A DNA stretch of 64,000 nt from the NCBI GenBank assembly GCA_010909165.1, contig MU008182.1, forward strand, positions 62,001 to 126,000, given 5' to 3'. Below, one piece after another: positions 63,601 through 64,000 of the stretch. The position numbers and the translations under genes were made by a program. The notes beneath the pieces were generated by a model. It was not told where the DNA came from. It made no database searches and saw only the letters and a program-made list of their open reading frames with translations. Source of the stretch: Anthoceros angustus. Its lineage: Eukaryota; Plantae; Anthocerotophyta. The first letter of the stretch is position 1, and every line of letters begins with the position of its first letter.

Positions 63601-64000
63601 TACACTAATTTGGAATTGATTGAGGAGTTTCATCAACCTCCATCAATCGAAGCCCTTGCACGAAAGGAATGCTCGAACGGATCCTACCTGGGACAAGGAG
63701 CATTCTGTGTGTATGGAGACCGGAGGAGAGAGCTCGAATTGCTCCTCGAAAGGTCGAATGGAGGAAGAGGACGGCCCTCTCCGAAATTCCGCAAGAGTTC
63801 CTCGACATGATGGATGGAGGAGTGAAGGCCCACGCCAAGAATGGCTGGAAGACCGAGAGCATCAAGGAGTCAAGTGGAGGCTCTTGCAAAGATTGTGCTG
63901 TTGGTAAATTACCAACGACTTTATTTCAAAGACCAACTTCCTCCAATTTTGTGGAAGATTTCCATGGGAGCCAAGCCGGATTGGGGAACCATTATGTATG
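60651..64000 (-). mobile_element. End of an LTR element (probably Gypsy) inserted into Copia-C RT
   Basis: RT homology stops at ...GTAAT|TGTGG; TG start; followed by an accessory-type ORF; orientation inferred by analogy with 12290-16800. Confidence 0.55.
61919..62956 (+). pseudogene. Retroelement accessory ORF, duplicated from ~63410 to the window end
   Basis: GKGKEPP...PQFTCFA...KNGWKTESIKELKWRL...KPDWGTIMY occurs twice, ~1.48 kb apart. Confidence 0.6.

Noticed and set aside
61919-64000. Shared ~1.48-kb period with the 8340-11300 duplication as a common mechanism
   Set aside because: The sequences are unrelated; likely coincidence or assembly overlap artefacts

Overview
Transposon-saturated plant-type (probably non-seed streptophyte) region with no recognisable host gene. 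From left to right: (1) a minus-strand Ty1/Copia element (527-8074) that has lost its integrase core and carries a ~600-bp triplication; (2) a ~1.5-kb tandem duplication and a degraded Nextera-adapter-like junction; (3) a Ty3/Gypsy pol followed by an antisense ORF; (4) a Ty3/Gypsy element with a C5 cytosine methyltransferase between protease and RT and a C-terminal PHD finger, then a second DNMT fragment; (5) a ParB/Srx-like remnant and a beta-class N4/N6 amino-methyltransferase-like remnant, separated by Gypsy/LTR fragments; (6) a complete 14-kb CACTA-type element with CCCTA ends and a CGT TSD, nested in an older relative; (7) two nested, oppositely oriented Copia elements; (8) the end of another LTR element. 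The most striking unexplained signal is that all three Copia copies carry a multi-exon spliced gene antisense to pol, between RNase H and the PPT, with conserved intron positions and mainly synonymous divergence. Many frameshifts fall at CAG/CTG sites and look like long-read errors at methylated CHG, so pseudogene calls are provisional. All domain calls come from motif recognition by eye; no searches were run.
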